A stretch of DNA of 63,569 bases, the filler included, from Reticulomyxa filosa (Eukaryota > Protista > Foraminifera): assembly GCA_000512085.1 (NCBI GenBank). It is 18 parts of 18 records of this genome, joined end to end, with 100 filler letters (N's around TTAATTAATTAA, not from the genome) between each part and the next. Parts side by side here need not be neighbours in the genome. Positions count along the whole stretch, not along the records: positions 11,401 to 16,455 come from ASPP01018993.1; positions 16,556 to 22,402 come from ASPP01029669.1; positions 22,503 to 40,560 come from ASPP01005451.1; 15 more parts are not named here. The stretch is one strand, 5' to 3'. The translations under genes were made by a program, and so were the position numbers. Positions 12,361 to 26,351 of the stretch are shown here, in pieces (the stretch's first letter is position 1; each line of letters starts with the position of its first letter). The notes under the pieces were generated by a model. That model saw nothing but the letters and a program-made list of their open reading frames with translations, was not told the origin of the DNA and searched no databases.

Positions 12361-12747
12361 TGAATTGCTTTTTTTTATTTTGTATTTATGTGACAATTTT
12401 TTATTATGTTTTTTTTTTTATGTTGTTATATTTTACTTTGTATGCTGTAGTTTTTTAATTTTTTTGATTGTTTTTTTTTTGTGTAGCTAAATATGGAGTT
12501 AAGTTGTTATTTTATATTGTTGTTTAAAAATATTTTCAAACAAAAAACAAAATAAATATATGAACAAAAATATTAGTTACTGTGCTGTATTTGAGACTAA
12601 ATACTTGAGCAACGAACAATGATGAATTGTTTTTAAATTTGACTTGTCGACACATCTCTGTAGAAAAAAGACGAAAAAGTTCAGTAGTAAACTTGAACTA
12701 GTCTTTTTGGTCAGTTTTTGTGTAGTTCTTTTTCAAGAAGTTATAAC

Positions 12748-13917
12748 ATGACAGAGCCATTATTGCCAAAACAACAAAAAACCTCTTCGTTTTGCACCAA
12801 AACAACCTATGGTGCGTTGGGCATGATCGTATTGACCGGAATTGCCTTGTACTCAATAGGTCATAATGACAACAAAAGCGCTTCTTTGGTTGCTCCAGTG
12901 ATACGAGAAGTAGCAGGAGAGGTAAATGTGAATGAGTTGTCATCAATGAAACAAGAATGGTCATATTATAATGATGTGACATTAAAATTGGAGAAATTAT
13001 CCCCTTATCAATTGGAAGGAAAATTGTTGCAATCTGGTTATGAGACATCATTCCAAGTAAGCTATGTCGAAAAGAAGATGTCACTTTCTCGAAAGAACAT
13101 TTTATCAGGTGTAGTAGAAGAATCTTTGTACAGTGAAAAATCCAAAGCATTAAAAGAAGAAGCAGCAGTGTATCAATTCACTGATAAGTTTAGTAAAGAG
13201 GAAGGGAGCAACAATTATATATGTATATAAAGTGAACGTTTAAATATAAAAATTTTTTTTACGTAAAAAAAAAAACGTATAATAATAGACAAGAAACCGT
13301 AACCGATGCTTTTGATGCCTTTAAAAAATACATGGCAAGTGAATTGTTAGCAGACACCTATTTGATCTCATTAAAATTGGCTCAAACTGGTTTGACTGGC
13401 CAATCTGCTCCTGTTATTAAAGGCTTTCATAGCATTGCTCATACTTTAGCTAAACAACGTGATCAATCAAAACGATTCACTACCGAAATGGCTGCTTTGG
13501 TTACTGAAATTAATGCCAAAATCTTTGAAGAAAAAAAAAAACCTAAACATGAATCTTTATTATGGTTTGAAGGTAAAAACTACGGATTATTAGATGCAAA
13601 ATTTAGATATGGTCCTTGTGATCGCTATTCCAATTGTACTTGTGAAATTGAAGACCGTAGTTCTACTTGTGGTAATTCTTGCTACGGAATGTGTGGACCA
13701 AACTGCAACTGCTGGGCCTTTATTTGTGGTGACTGCGACTGCCATTGCTTCTGCTATAACCACGATTACTATTGCTCGTGTGTATCAAGACTTGATTACC
13801 ATTGCTGGAATGTATGTTGTCTATTTTTTTCTCCTTGTTTTTATTTTTTTATACATGTCGAAAATTTTTTTTGTGTATTTTGTTTAGGTTTGGTTATGGT
13901 TTGATGCTTGCTGTTAA
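12748..13917 (+). CDS. Membrane-anchored or secreted protein with a C-terminal cysteine-rich domain; 3 exons (12748-13187, 13289-13811, 13888-13917)
   Basis: N-terminal hydrophobic segment YGALGMIVLTGIALYSIG; GT-AG introns restore the frame; C-terminus CYGMCGPNCNCWAFICGDCDCHCFCYNHDYYCSC...VWLWFDACC*. Confidence 0.8.
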
Positions 13918-15078
13918 AGAGCCATTTCATTTTAATTCCCCTTGTTCAAAAAAAAGCAAACAGAAACTCTTTTGAAGATGAAAAAACTTGTTTGACAAAG
14001 CAAGGTAAAAGAACTGGCCTAAATGTTGCTGGAAATATTTTTTCTCTTTGTCAATTTCAAAAAAAACGTTTGCAAAAAAACCTTCTCAAAAAAAATTGCA
14101 AGCACACCCCTCTTTATGGCTTTGCATGTTCTTTTTCATTTAATATCGCAAAATACGTTCCAGAATAATTCGGATTGATGACTAACGGGTTAGGTTTGAC
14201 GTTCGTGAATTTGCTCGAAAAATGATAAAGTACACAGTAAATAATAGTGAAAATTTTTAAGATGTTATTAATCTTGCAATTATTTAATTGTAAATGTGCC
14301 AAGAGCAAAAAAAGAAACATTGAAAGGAATAAAAAAATCAACAAATAAAAATTAGATTAAAATGTCTAATTTTAATGAATTATTTTTATATAACACGTAT
14401 ACACGAATTAGTTAAATTTTTTGTTCAGTTGATTTGTTTAGTTGTCTTGAAAGGTCTTGAGACATGCTTGCATTTGCTTTTTTCTACTTCAGTTTTTGCT
14501 CTAGAGCGCCAGGTTTTATCATTGTTATCACGTGCGTTGATTGCTTTATAGAATTTTTTCGTCAAAATTTTGTTTGTAATTTTATATAACTGTTAGTATC
14601 TATAAAGCAGCATAATCTTTTTTGTAACCACTTTTGCAGTTGACAATATGTGGCTATCACTTACGATGTTTAATTGTTGCAATAATAAAATAATGTAGAA
14701 AAGAAAACATAGATCAAATAACCATTGATAGTTCATTATAACTTATCACACAAAAATATAAATTTTTAACAGAAACAAAGAAAATGTTTCAGTTGTGTTG
14801 TTGTTTTGGTAATTGGTGTTTTCTTTTTTAGGAAATATCAATACTGAAAAGCAAAGACCAAATTCTTGATTGTCATGAAAACGTAATTGTAAATTCTCTG
14901 TTTTGCTTATGTATGGTCCGAAGAAAAAAGATCCAAAAGAGGGTTCTCTTAAATTTCAAAAATAAAAAAACCTTAGAATAATAATAATTTAGAATAATAA
15001 TAAAACCAACTAAAGACGACACACAAACAAAAAAAAGAGAAAAGTCGAAATAAATTTAGTTTAAAAAGGGAAAGAGAT

Positions 15079-16455
15079 GTGATATACTTGTCCCCGTCGA
15101 TAACCAGTGGAAGTGCAACAGTGCAGTCGCGTAACATAAATGCGTATTCAGTGCACTCCCCACTAACGCAGTCAGCAACAACCAATATTTCGTACTGTTC
15201 AACAGCATCAAACAAGACAAGAGAAAGTAGATCCTGGACAAATAGAGCCAAAAAGAAGAAAAGAGCAAAGCAACTAGTATTCGAAGATGAAGAAGAAGAA
15301 AACGAAGCAGTAGAGGAAGAAGAAGAGGAAAGAGATGAGAACAACGGCAGTCATGAGGCCGACGTATATGACGAAGAAGAAGAAAGAGATGACGATGAAG
15401 AATACAAACAGAGAACGCATAAAGAAGGGACAGTAAGCAAAAAAAAAGAAAGTGATGATATTCCTTATTCAAACCCTTACGCCATCGAATGGAACGAAGA
15501 AGAAGAAGAAGAAGAAGAAGAAGAAGAAGGAGGAAGAGAAGAAGAAGACAAGAGAAAAGGGACAGAAAGACTGAAAAGAGTACATTGGAGGGCTTGGAAA
15601 ACGATGAGTCATACAACTTTTTTATGTAACGGTCGAATTATGTGTGGCCACGATTGGCACTACTTTTTAGTGACCATTTCATTGCTTACGATCTCATCCT
15701 TTTTTTTTTTCATTTTTATGCTACAACATCCTATTCTTTTGTTCCCTTATTTCACCATCTCGCTCTTCATTGCCTTCCTTCTTTTCCTTCTCGACCTCTT
15801 CTTATTGCTTCGCGCCGCATTTACAGATCCTGGCTACTTGCCTCGGAAACGTCCTTCCAAGTTGTCACTGTCATTGCCCCATGATAGAGTAGCCAATGAT
15901 ATTTTGTACTGTCGTTTTGTGCATTTCTTTTTTTTTTTTATTAAACATATATATATATATATGGATATATACATATACGTATGTGTGTATATTTAATAGC
16001 AACTTGTCATATTTGGCGCTCACAACGTGCAAAGCATTGTCGCTTTTGTGATTCTTGGTTTGTGGTTCTTTTTTTTTAAAAAAAAAAAATTCAAAATGCA
16101 AATTTTTTAAAAAATTTTTTTTAAAAAAAAAAACGTGTCAGAAAGTTTGATCATCATTGCCCTTGGGTCGGTACTTGTGTTGGTGAAAGAAATTATCGGT
16201 ATTTTGTCGGATTTGTTAGTGGCATGAGCCTGTTTTCGGGCTATGTTTGTTTCACTTGTTTGTATTGGTTGTATTGCCAATGCTTGGAATTGAGCTCCAT
16301 TGCTAACCCTTCCAATCGTACGACGTGGACCACGTCCATTGTATACGTCCTTCGAGCTTATCCTTTTGTGTTTATTCTCGCCGTCGCTGCATTGGTTGTT
16401 TTCATCTGCGTTTCCTTCTTGACTTTGTACCATTTTTATTTGATCACGATCAATC
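15079..16455 (+). CDS. DHHC protein S-acyltransferase (ERF2/ZDHHC9-14-18-like); multi-exon, 3' truncated, start uncertain
   Basis: [12 protein letters not shown]1-2, TDPGYLPR; spliced Cys-rich domain [44 protein letters not shown] (DHHC at 16149-16160). Confidence 0.93.
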
Positions 16456-18202
16456 NNNNNNNNNNNNNNNNNNNNNNNNNNNNNNNNNNNNNNNNNNNNT
16501 TAATTAATTAANNNNNNNNNNNNNNNNNNNNNNNNNNNNNNNNNNNNNNNNNNNNTTGAGTTTGGACTGCCGTTACATTGTCTTGGAAGAAACAGAAGTG
16601 AATCCCGCAACGTCCAAAAAAAAAAACCAAACATACTGCAAATTGCTGATCGTTGGAAAAATTGATGTCAATGATGTGAGTTATTTGCATCGATCTGTTG
16701 ATGATTCCAATGATGTGTCTGCTAACATATCACAGACGGACCACTTTTTACATGATATCCTCTATCCCTTTCCAATGACATTGCCCTTATTCATAATTGT
16801 CTTGAAGCCACAGCCATCTGTTAATACACATCCCCTCCTTCCGATCAAACCTTGGATAACTCCCTTTCTGTTTCTTCATCGTCAAGCTACACATTTTCCA
16901 GTGATGTCTCTGTGTGTTTGTAGTCACTCAAATGCCGGAAGCCCATTCATTGAGTCGAATTGAAATAACTTATTGGCTGAAACATTGAAGCTTCTGCAAA
17001 GGTCAAAACAGAAATGGAGCTTCAATCCTTGCTGAAGAAATATTGTGTGGTATTAACGAAACAAAAGATATGGACGTGCAATACATTCCACAGTTGCATA
17101 AGCTTTGTGAGATTTGATATGCTCAAGGAATCCACAAATCATCACAAGAAAATATTACACGTTCGTATATTTAGTAGGAGTGTGTACAAATGAAACAAGC
17201 AATGTTTAACTATTTATATCAATTGTAAATAGTAAACAATGCTTTATATCAATCGCCGATTAATGTCAGTATTCATTTTTTTCAAAATGTTGAATGTTAA
17301 GTAATGTGTGTTATACATACTCTCTATTTTCTTTTTTTCTATATGATATGCCAATATTATATTGATTAATACAAAACAAAATAGTCAAAGAAGTGCATAA
17401 TCCCATCTCTTTTCTAGCACAAAATTGTTGCTGAAATGAGCAGAACAATGTGTAAATTGATGTTTTTGATTATAAATACAATATTCAGTTTACTGTGTGT
17501 TTGCGAAGTTGTTTTTGTATCCAAAACAATTTTATTTACTAGTACATAGATCGGTTTTTTGTTTGATTTGATATTTGCAACAATTGGATTTCATATTTAG
17601 TTCCCTTTTTTTTTGTTGCTGAAATGTATACACTGTTATTTTTTGCATAGGTAAAATTCATTTTAGTTTGAGGACTCCTTCTGCTTTTGTTTTGTTTTTT
17701 CAATTATTTCTGTCTTTCCAGTCTGCTGTTCATCGATAAATCATCTTGAAGCAAATTTTATACATCATATTTATTAAGAAGAGTAAATACTTGAACATCT
17801 AAATTAACACAATGTCTCTTTGGTGATTGACAATGGAAAAGATAGTCTTGTCATTGTATGCAATGACTAATTTCTTCACGTGTGATTGCCAGATTTTCAC
17901 TTGTGATACTTAAAGATTTACAATACCTCGATATCGCATATCTGAGTATGTTTTAGACTAGAAAAAGTAGTTTGAAAGATCTGGAACGGGACATAAGGCA
18001 AGAGAGTGTAGCTAGCAATAAGATTTGTGGTAAGAAAGAGCTTTTTTGATCGTTGATTAAGCGGCTTTCTTCCGGAAAAAAGGGAGCCACGTGACATTAG
18101 TTTGAGATAAAAGGAATTTTTGACAAGTGTTTTTTGGTTAAAGATCAATATAAAAAATCAGTGACTTTCCATTCATACCACAACAACACTGCGTAGTCAA
18201 TT

Positions 18203-19104
18203 GTGGTAAAGAGGAACTTGTTGTCCGTTGGCAGTTTGCCTAGTCATATATTGATAATGCATTACAAAAGCGTTTGGAACAGCAATCCGACACACGTGAA
18301 CAAATGGATACTCTTTCCGAACAGCCGACTCCTTGGATCAAAATATAGGAATTTTGAAAACGTGCATGCATTGGGCAGTAGAACAAAAAATAATTTGTTG
18401 TTTATGACAACTGTAAATGAGATTGGTGTGATTGATTTACATAAGAATGAATATATTGCCGTGATTAATAATAAATGTTCTAATCTCTCACTTCCATATC
18501 ATTTGATGCCAAAGACAAAACAAAACCGCATTTTGACCAATCAATTCTTATTACTTTCACAAGGCTGCATTTCGAGCATTACATACTATGAAAACACGAA
18601 AGAGTTTACCCAGCGCATATTGAATATGTTAAATCTACGATTTGCTGCATTATGGAGTTGTATGTTTGAATGCTGGTCATCGTCATGTTGGGAGGCACAA
18701 ATAAGCTTTACAAACGCAAGAATACTATCCAAATATATGATATGCAAAATGGCACATTGCTCGATTCACAACTTGCTTTACCTTTCTCGCATTTACAAAA
18801 ATGGCACAAGTCTTCATATCATTGGCAGGAGTGACAAGTTTACTGCGACAACTAAATGCTATGTCGTTTGGACAAAAGAACTCATCGGCGTTCTGTTTCG
18901 GTTTCCTTTTTGTCCCTTTTCATTGCTTCCATGGACACACTGTAGATAGAGATGTATCTACATGTATGTAGATACAATACATATTTCCAAAAGTGGATAA
19001 AACACGAAGTCGAGGTGATCGTCGATTATTGGAGTCGATATGAAGTGACTTGAGTTGGTTGGATCAATGATTTTAAAAAAATCATAATGGATTTTGCCAT
19101 ATGA
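18203..19104 (+). pseudogene. Divergent kelch-like beta-propeller gene remnant
   Basis: NNLLFMT...IGVIDL and LHIIGRSDK segments parallel the intact kelch gene at 54394-55572; terminal exon EVEVIVDYWSRYEVT*VGWINDFKKIIMDFAI has an in-frame stop. Confidence 0.6.
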
Positions 19105-20739
19105 CCACATTGATCACGTTTCTTTATGTGTCCTTTTTCGTCGATGAAAAAAAAAAGCAACTTCGAAAGGTACTTTTCATTCGAACTGTAATGGGCTTAG
19201 TTGGTGTCAACAGAACAGAAAGTGACTTGGAGGCACCAAGAAATAGATGATTGTGCATTATTGTTGTCAGTGAATGTATGCACTGTACCAATCGAAAACG
19301 CAAATCGCTAAAAGATTAAACAGAAACTATTTGTAAACTTGCTATCATTTATGTAAAGTTTTTGTGTTGATTGTTAGATGTAATATTTCTTTAAAAAGCT
19401 TTCAAAGCGGAGAAACATGAGAGCTTGGTCTTCAATTTTAAGATTAAAAAAATCTCAACCACAATAACAAAAACAAGAGAGATCGAGCACACTCAAATTT
19501 TTTTAAAAAAAAAAAAAAAAACAAGCGAAGATAACGGTGTTTGAAAACAAACATATTGTCATAAACCACGAAGAATAGCAAAAAAAAGAAGCCGACATTG
19601 ATTAACAAAAAAAGAAACAAAATAGTTATTATTGATCTGTCGTGTTCATCTTGCAAAGAACAATGATAATGGAAGAGAAAAAAATCCTGAAAGATAAGAC
19701 TGTGCGGCGAGAGTGGAAGCAGATCTATTGGATGTTTGACGATATTTTTTATTGGAAGGGAGGAATTCATGGATATTGGCATTTTTTTTCTTGGCCGTCA
19801 GTCCACTCTTCACAGTGATGTTTATTGGACTCACTGCTAAACTCAAAAAAATTGCATGAACGAACGTTCAGTTCTCCCATATATTGTTGGCAGTCTTGTT
19901 TTCTTTTCAAATTTTTGTTGATAGTTTTTTTTTGAAAAAGAGTTGCGAGAGTCATGGATGGTACTTATTTACGAGATCTTCTCATGTCATGTCTTTTGGT
20001 TTGGAGTTGGGATATGACTTTGCTGCCCATTTTGATTGAGTCCAATTCCCTTTTTTTGTGTTTGCTATTTTTATTATTGTTGTCAGCATTTTCGTGCTGT
20101 CCATCGACATTATCTATTATATTCGTTTGGCTCTGACTTTTCTCATCATTTTCTTTCTTATTCTTTTCTTTACTTTCATTTTCATTGCCATTCTCATTTA
20201 TCATTTGTCATTTATCAGTCTTCATTTCATGTATACTATTTATCTCCAAGGCCTTATAGCCAGCCACCATCATTCCATTGGCTTAGAAAGTAGAGTACTT
20301 AGGCTGCTTTGTCCCGTCTTATCTCTTCTACCTCTTCATGTCAAAGGCATTAACAGAACATCAAGTATACAACAAATACTTATCAAAATAGTATATTAAG
20401 CGATCGTGCCAAGAACAAAACATTACATTAAATTTATCACAGGGTAAAACGTACTTTTTTATTGTACGTAAAGTTTTACAAGTGGCTGTAACATTTCTTT
20501 GTATGATGTATAGTTCTACTAAAATAGGACTTGATACCATAATTCTATTGTTAGAAAAACCTGTAAAATTATTTCAATAACCCTAATTGTAAATATTTTG
20601 TTAGAGGTAGATTTCATTACTTTTGCATTTTGTTTTATTCAAAATTTTAACTTCATTCGTTATTTGCCCTTTGCTACTAGTATCAATAAATAACTTTGCC
20701 TGTTTGTCCAGAAAGCGAACAAAAAAATAATGTCCGGAA

Positions 20740-20969
20740 TGTAGGAGAAGCTCCTATAAAGTAAAAGGGGCTGACGAGCCCCGGTGGGTTAAACTTTACC
20801 CGCTTTTCACAACAACCTTTCTTGTGTTTTCTTTTCCTCTTTGTTATTGTTTTTGCCATTTCTCTTTCATTTGTTTTAATTTACTTATTCGTTGAAAATC
20901 AGGCTCTTTGAGCAAAAAAGTCCTTTTGTATTACATTTAGTGCGAACTCTTTCCGGCTGACGTCTCACA
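20740..20969 (+). mobile_element. Solo LTR, 230 bp, TG...CA termini, 4-bp target-site duplication GGAA
   Basis: GGAA|TGTAGGAGA...TCTCACA|GGAA; TATAAA at 20755; 3' part homologous to sequences flanking the gypsy integrase remnant (11409-11437 and 12255-12360). Confidence 0.7.
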
Positions 20970-22502
20970 GGAATATCGACGAAAACTGAATAAAAAGTAT
21001 TGTTATAAATTTTTTTAATTTAAATGATCATCGAACGTTTTATTTTTATAATAATATACAATCTGAGTCTTATTGTATAAGTGTTTAAATAATTTTTCGC
21101 TATGCTTATTTAAGAAAGTTTCTCTTATGATATTATTAAATGAAATGAAATGAGCTAAGGGTAACAAAATGATGACAAATGGTGGTTCTTAAGCACTAAC
21201 GACAAACTGTTTGCTAACATTTCTGAATTTGGAAAATCTTAAATATATTCCTTACTATCAAAATGTCTCGTAGTCAATAGAATTTAATTATATATGTTTT
21301 ACATTTTTTCGATTGATTGCACATAAATGAAATAAATATATATAATATTACCATGTCATGTGAATCAAATATTTTTTATCTAAAAAATTATTTTTAGTTT
21401 TGTAGTAATGTTTTTTTTGCTATAATATGATAATATAAAATCGTTTCTAATTGTTTGTTGGATAAAAAAAGACGAAGATGATAATTTTGTAATTGATGAA
21501 GTTTTTGAACTATAAACAGACAAAGTGTGCTACTTTACCGTTAATTTTTTTGAGGAAGTCTCACAAAGAGATTTGACGCTCTTTATTCGACTTGTCTTTC
21601 AGTGACAAAGATTTTAACACATTCAATTTTACCATATATTACACGATATTTGACGACGTGTCTGTATACACTTCCAAACATATTACACTTTAATGCATCA
21701 AATGCAGAAATAAGTAGGAAGTTATCTAGAAAAAAACAAAAATCATTATTATTGTGCAAAGAAACAGTGATAGTATCAATAAAATAGCAATATCTTATGT
21801 TCATTGAAGTAAAAACAAATTTTGTGACTATTCATATGCTTGAAATTAGATAAAATAAACGACATTCTTAATGAAATTGAAAGATATGTTGCTGATTTTA
21901 CAGACAAAAATTTCATTAAATGTTTCTGAGAACAAGGAAATGCAGTAATTTCTTAGTCGAAGCACCACATGAGGACATGAGCTTATTGAATGGAAATGTT
22001 TTGTTGTAATACGAATGTTTTGATGATTGTATTTTGCATTATTTGAAAAAAGAGCTCGAAACATAATGATCATTTTTGCAAAGAAGAATAAGAAGTTTTC
22101 TGTTTAGAAAACGTGTTCCATTTGAATTCGGTTGATAGTGTATAGCTCTAGATAAGTTATATGCTAATATCATATCAATTCTTTTTCACGATTCAACTTG
22201 GTTCGTTGATATAATCATAATCATTTATTAACATGAAAAAAAAAAAACCCTAAAATGAACTGACGCAAAAAATTACAATAAAATTTATAAAAAAAAACTT
22301 TTCAAACTTTTGCTTAAATGAAATATATACATCATTGTGAGTCCAAAAATGTATTTTTTTTTTAATAAAAGTGTACCCAATTAAAAAAAAATGCACTTTT
22401 TANNNNNNNNNNNNNNNNNNNNNNNNNNNNNNNNNNNNNNNNNNNNTTAATTAATTAANNNNNNNNNNNNNNNNNNNNNNNNNNNNNNNNNNNNNNNNNN
22501 NN

Positions 22503-22542
<40 letters not shown>

Positions 22543-22654
22543 TTTTGTTTTTAGCAACACGAAAAACATTTTTGGAGGAATTTACAAAAAAAAAAAAAAA
22601 AAAAAAGTTCGCACTAATACTAATAATTAAAAAAATATATGTATGTGCAAACAG

Positions 22655-24204
22655 CTTCACAACCAACTGTGTTTATTCATCCAACTTCTTCCCCAACCAT
22701 CATTCAAACACTCCATCCCACCGGTTAAATTCTTTGTTCTTTTGTCTTGATCTTATTTGGATGCACAAAAACACTTTGTGACATACGTGCATTGACACGG
22801 AAACAATAGAAGCGCCAACATTGGGTAATGTTGCCACAACTACGACAACAACAACGACCAGTGAATCGACCAACTCCGTTTCTACGACTTGCACAAAAGT
22901 GGACGGAGGATGGAGCGCATGGGGCAATTGGAGTAACTGTCAATCCATTCAACTTGGAGGTAACAGGCTTTATACATATAAATATATACATATATGTATA
23001 TATACATATATATATATGCAGATATATGTATGTATATATAAGTTCTTTTAATTTTGAAGAAAAACACTTCAATCCGTATTGTTGTTGTTGATGTCGATAA
23101 TGATGTCATGGTGAAAACAAAAGATCACGAAACCACATCCATCAAATATCGTACTCGAACATGTGACAGTCCAGAGCCGCAATGTGGAGGCTGCAAGTGT
23201 CAAGGTGATGATGTCGATTACAAAGAGTGCAACAGGGCGAGCGATTGTCTGGCACTTTGGAGTCCTTGGAACGACTGGTCACTATGCGTCATTGAGGAAG
23301 CCAATTGCAACACCACATTCGATCCCACTGAAACAGTGACTTGTAATGGATTCCAAATTCGAGAGCGATTTTGTATAAAGTGAGTTTTCTTTTTTTTTTT
23401 TTATAAAAAAAAAAAAAAAAAAGAAAAGAATTAAATGCCTCTATTGAGGGAGGGGTTGTAATGCATGTGGTTATAGATCTCAAGTGACCCCGGCAGATGA
23501 GACGTGCAATTGTGACTGTGAAGGAGAGTATAGACAGCAGCAATCATGTTCTACAAGTTAATTATATATACATATATATATGTATGCATTTATTTGCATC
23601 TAATTTTTTTTTTTAAAAAAACCTTTGCTGCCAAAAAAAAAAAAAAAAAAAACAAAAAAAAAAAAAGTGAGCATGTGTTATTGTGTGTGTATACGTGGTG
23701 GTGCACATACGTATACTCGTTTGTATTTTGCCAAATGGGTTAGTGGATTGCCTGCAATTATCGTTTAACACGAGCGATACGAAGCCAGTGCATTGGAAAT
23801 TTGGTGTGAAGAGCGATATTGACTATGTGGCGGTACGAAGCGGAGATGTCAATGGCGCAATGTGCATTGCGGTTAGCCCTTGGAAGTGTTATCATTTGAC
23901 AATAAAATTTTCTCCGAATAGCAGTGGCATCGCCGAGTGGAAGTATCAAGGTCTGACCTTAGGTTATTGGAATGTCCCGACATACCCTCCTGAATACTAT
24001 GCGAATCCAAGGAGACTATGGCAGTCACATGTCCACCACACCAGTGATGATAAGGACTTCACTGATGAAGAAACTGACGACGACAACGATAATGGAATCA
24101 GTATTGACAGCAGCAATGCTGACGACAGTAGCAGCAGTGACGAAAGTTTTGCACGGCACTGGAGCACGGCAGCTGGTGAAACATTCGAAGTTTGCATTCC
24201 ATAA
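22655..24204 (+). CDS. Thrombospondin type-1 repeat protein with Thr-rich linkers; multi-exon, 5' truncated
   Basis: VDGGWSAWGNWSNC...RTRTCDSPEPQCGGCKCQGDDVDYKECN and WSPWNDWSLC...GFQIRERFC; introns contain (TA)n and poly-A/T. Confidence 0.85.
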
Positions 24205-24695
24205 GGCCAGGCCTTGAAAAGCTTTTTTTTGTTTGGTTTGTTGCTCAAGACCCATTTCTCTTTCGTAAGTGTACTTATTTATCGATTATTATTTTTTTTT
24301 TTTATTCTTTATTTTTTATTTTATTTTATTTTATTTTATTTTATTTTATTTTTTTTTTTTGCATCACAGAAATTTTGTTTATTCAATTTAATTTAATTTA
24401 GAACATATCTTTTGTTTGTCTTTAGCTTTGTGCAGAATTATCACCTTTCATTTGGCACACTAAAAAATTTGATTCTTTTTCCTTTCTCAAAAAAAAAAAA
24501 AAAATGCCACTATTTTGAAAAGCTACAAATTTGACTTTAATAAAATACAGACAATTTTGTAAATATCTCATCAATTTAGTATTATGAGAATCAACCAAAA
24601 ACCAGTTGAGTACAGTCTTCCAAATAGGGATGACTAAGGTAACTACTAAACAAACCCTTGTCAATGCAACATTCTAAACATTAACTGATCCATTC

Positions 24696-26351
24696 ATGGC
24701 CGAATCCGTGTCCATTGTTGGCGACGATGCCAACTGCAATGAAACAAATTTTAGCGCCTTAAAAGAACACGTAGGGGTGCTGATTCGAACCACTCGTGAA
24801 CAAACAGCCATCATCCAACAATTGATGTGTAGTAATAAAACTCTTAAAGGCCAATTAAATTGTGCCAGGATGCAAGTACTTTATGGTAAAGTCTTTACAC
24901 AGTATTATCGAGAACAAACTGCAAAGAATGAAGAGGTCATTCAATCTTTGAAAAGGAATGAGGCCTGGCATAAAGTTGGACTTCATTTTTTCTTCTATTT
25001 ATTTTTTTTACTTTGATATTGATTGGGTTGTGTATAGAGTTTTTTGGACGGTTCTTTTTACAAAAACACACAGTCTCTTCGAGAAGAGACAGCACGTGTC
25101 CAACAACAACTGCAAGAGTGGAGACAAAAACTGGAAAGACTAGTTTCAGATTACTGTAAACAATTGGAGTCAAAAACAAGTTTGAAACCGAGTTGAACAA
25201 ACTCAGCGAAACCGTTCAAGTTTTAAGAAAAGGAAAAGAGTTGCCTAATAAAGATGATGCAACATGGACTTTAGAATTGGAACTGATGCAAATTAACAAT
25301 GAATTGAACACGCGTATTTTGCTTATTTGTTTATTTTTTTGGAATATCCCAAAACTTGATGTGTTGTATGATTGACATGGCAGAGCGTCTGAAAGAAGAA
25401 ATCGGTTCGCTCAAGTTTACCAATGAAACCTTAGAACAAAAGTGTCAAGGCCTACAAAATAAACTTGCAGAAAAGGACCGATTGCTCAAAAAAATGAAAA
25501 ATCCTGACCCAGGAAACTTAAAACATCACAATCCTCGCCTTTATACATGTTCAAGTGCTCAGGATTTGCAACAGATAGAATCGACAGAAAATTCTATTAT
25601 ATCATCAAAAACTCACCAACTGTCCGTTTGTTTTCAAAGAAAAGCTACTTTGATAATTATGGTGTCGCCAACAAACATTACCAAACAAAAAATAGAGTTC
25701 AAACAAATAACGAACAATTGCCCGAAGTTACTACAAAAGTTAATGCCAGTAAGATAGTAATCATGTCGAAAAACTTGCTATCTAGCTGTTATCCTGTCCA
25801 TCAGCGTAGCTTTTTGAATAAAACACAAACAAAAGTTGATACTGGCTTGCACACTTCTGAAGAAAAAGGGAAATCAGAAAAGACAAAAGTTCAGTTGAAA
25901 GTTTACGTCAGACGCTCTGTTGTTTTAGTGTAAGCAAAATGCACCCGTTTTTATGTTAATTTAGTTAGATAAATCGACAATGACTGAATTTAACAAGTTG
26001 TTCCGTCATTCCAGATCGCTTTCAGTTGAAAAAACTGTGCCAAACCAACAATTGATTGCAAACCGCTTTGCAAGTGACAACCCGTTACAAAACTTTAAAA
26101 AATGGTTTGAAAAGAAAAAGAAATATATATATATCGTAAAAGTGACTCGGGTCAAACTTTGTATGATTCTTCTATAATAGTGTGGAACTATTACTGTCTC
26201 AAGGATTGTTTCTTCGCAAGGTAAGAATATATTATTTTTCTTTAGGGTTACTTTGTTGAATAAATTAAACACTTTAACAGTACGGTCGTCGAGGAAAACC
26301 TCATCACAAATTAATAACGCTGAACACGACAGATGGTTGGCTAACTTATGA
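24696..26351 (+). CDS. Hypothetical coiled-coil protein; multi-exon, 3' end approximate
   Basis: Series of + ORFs rich in E/K/Q/L heptads separated by GT..AG T-rich introns. Confidence 0.5.
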
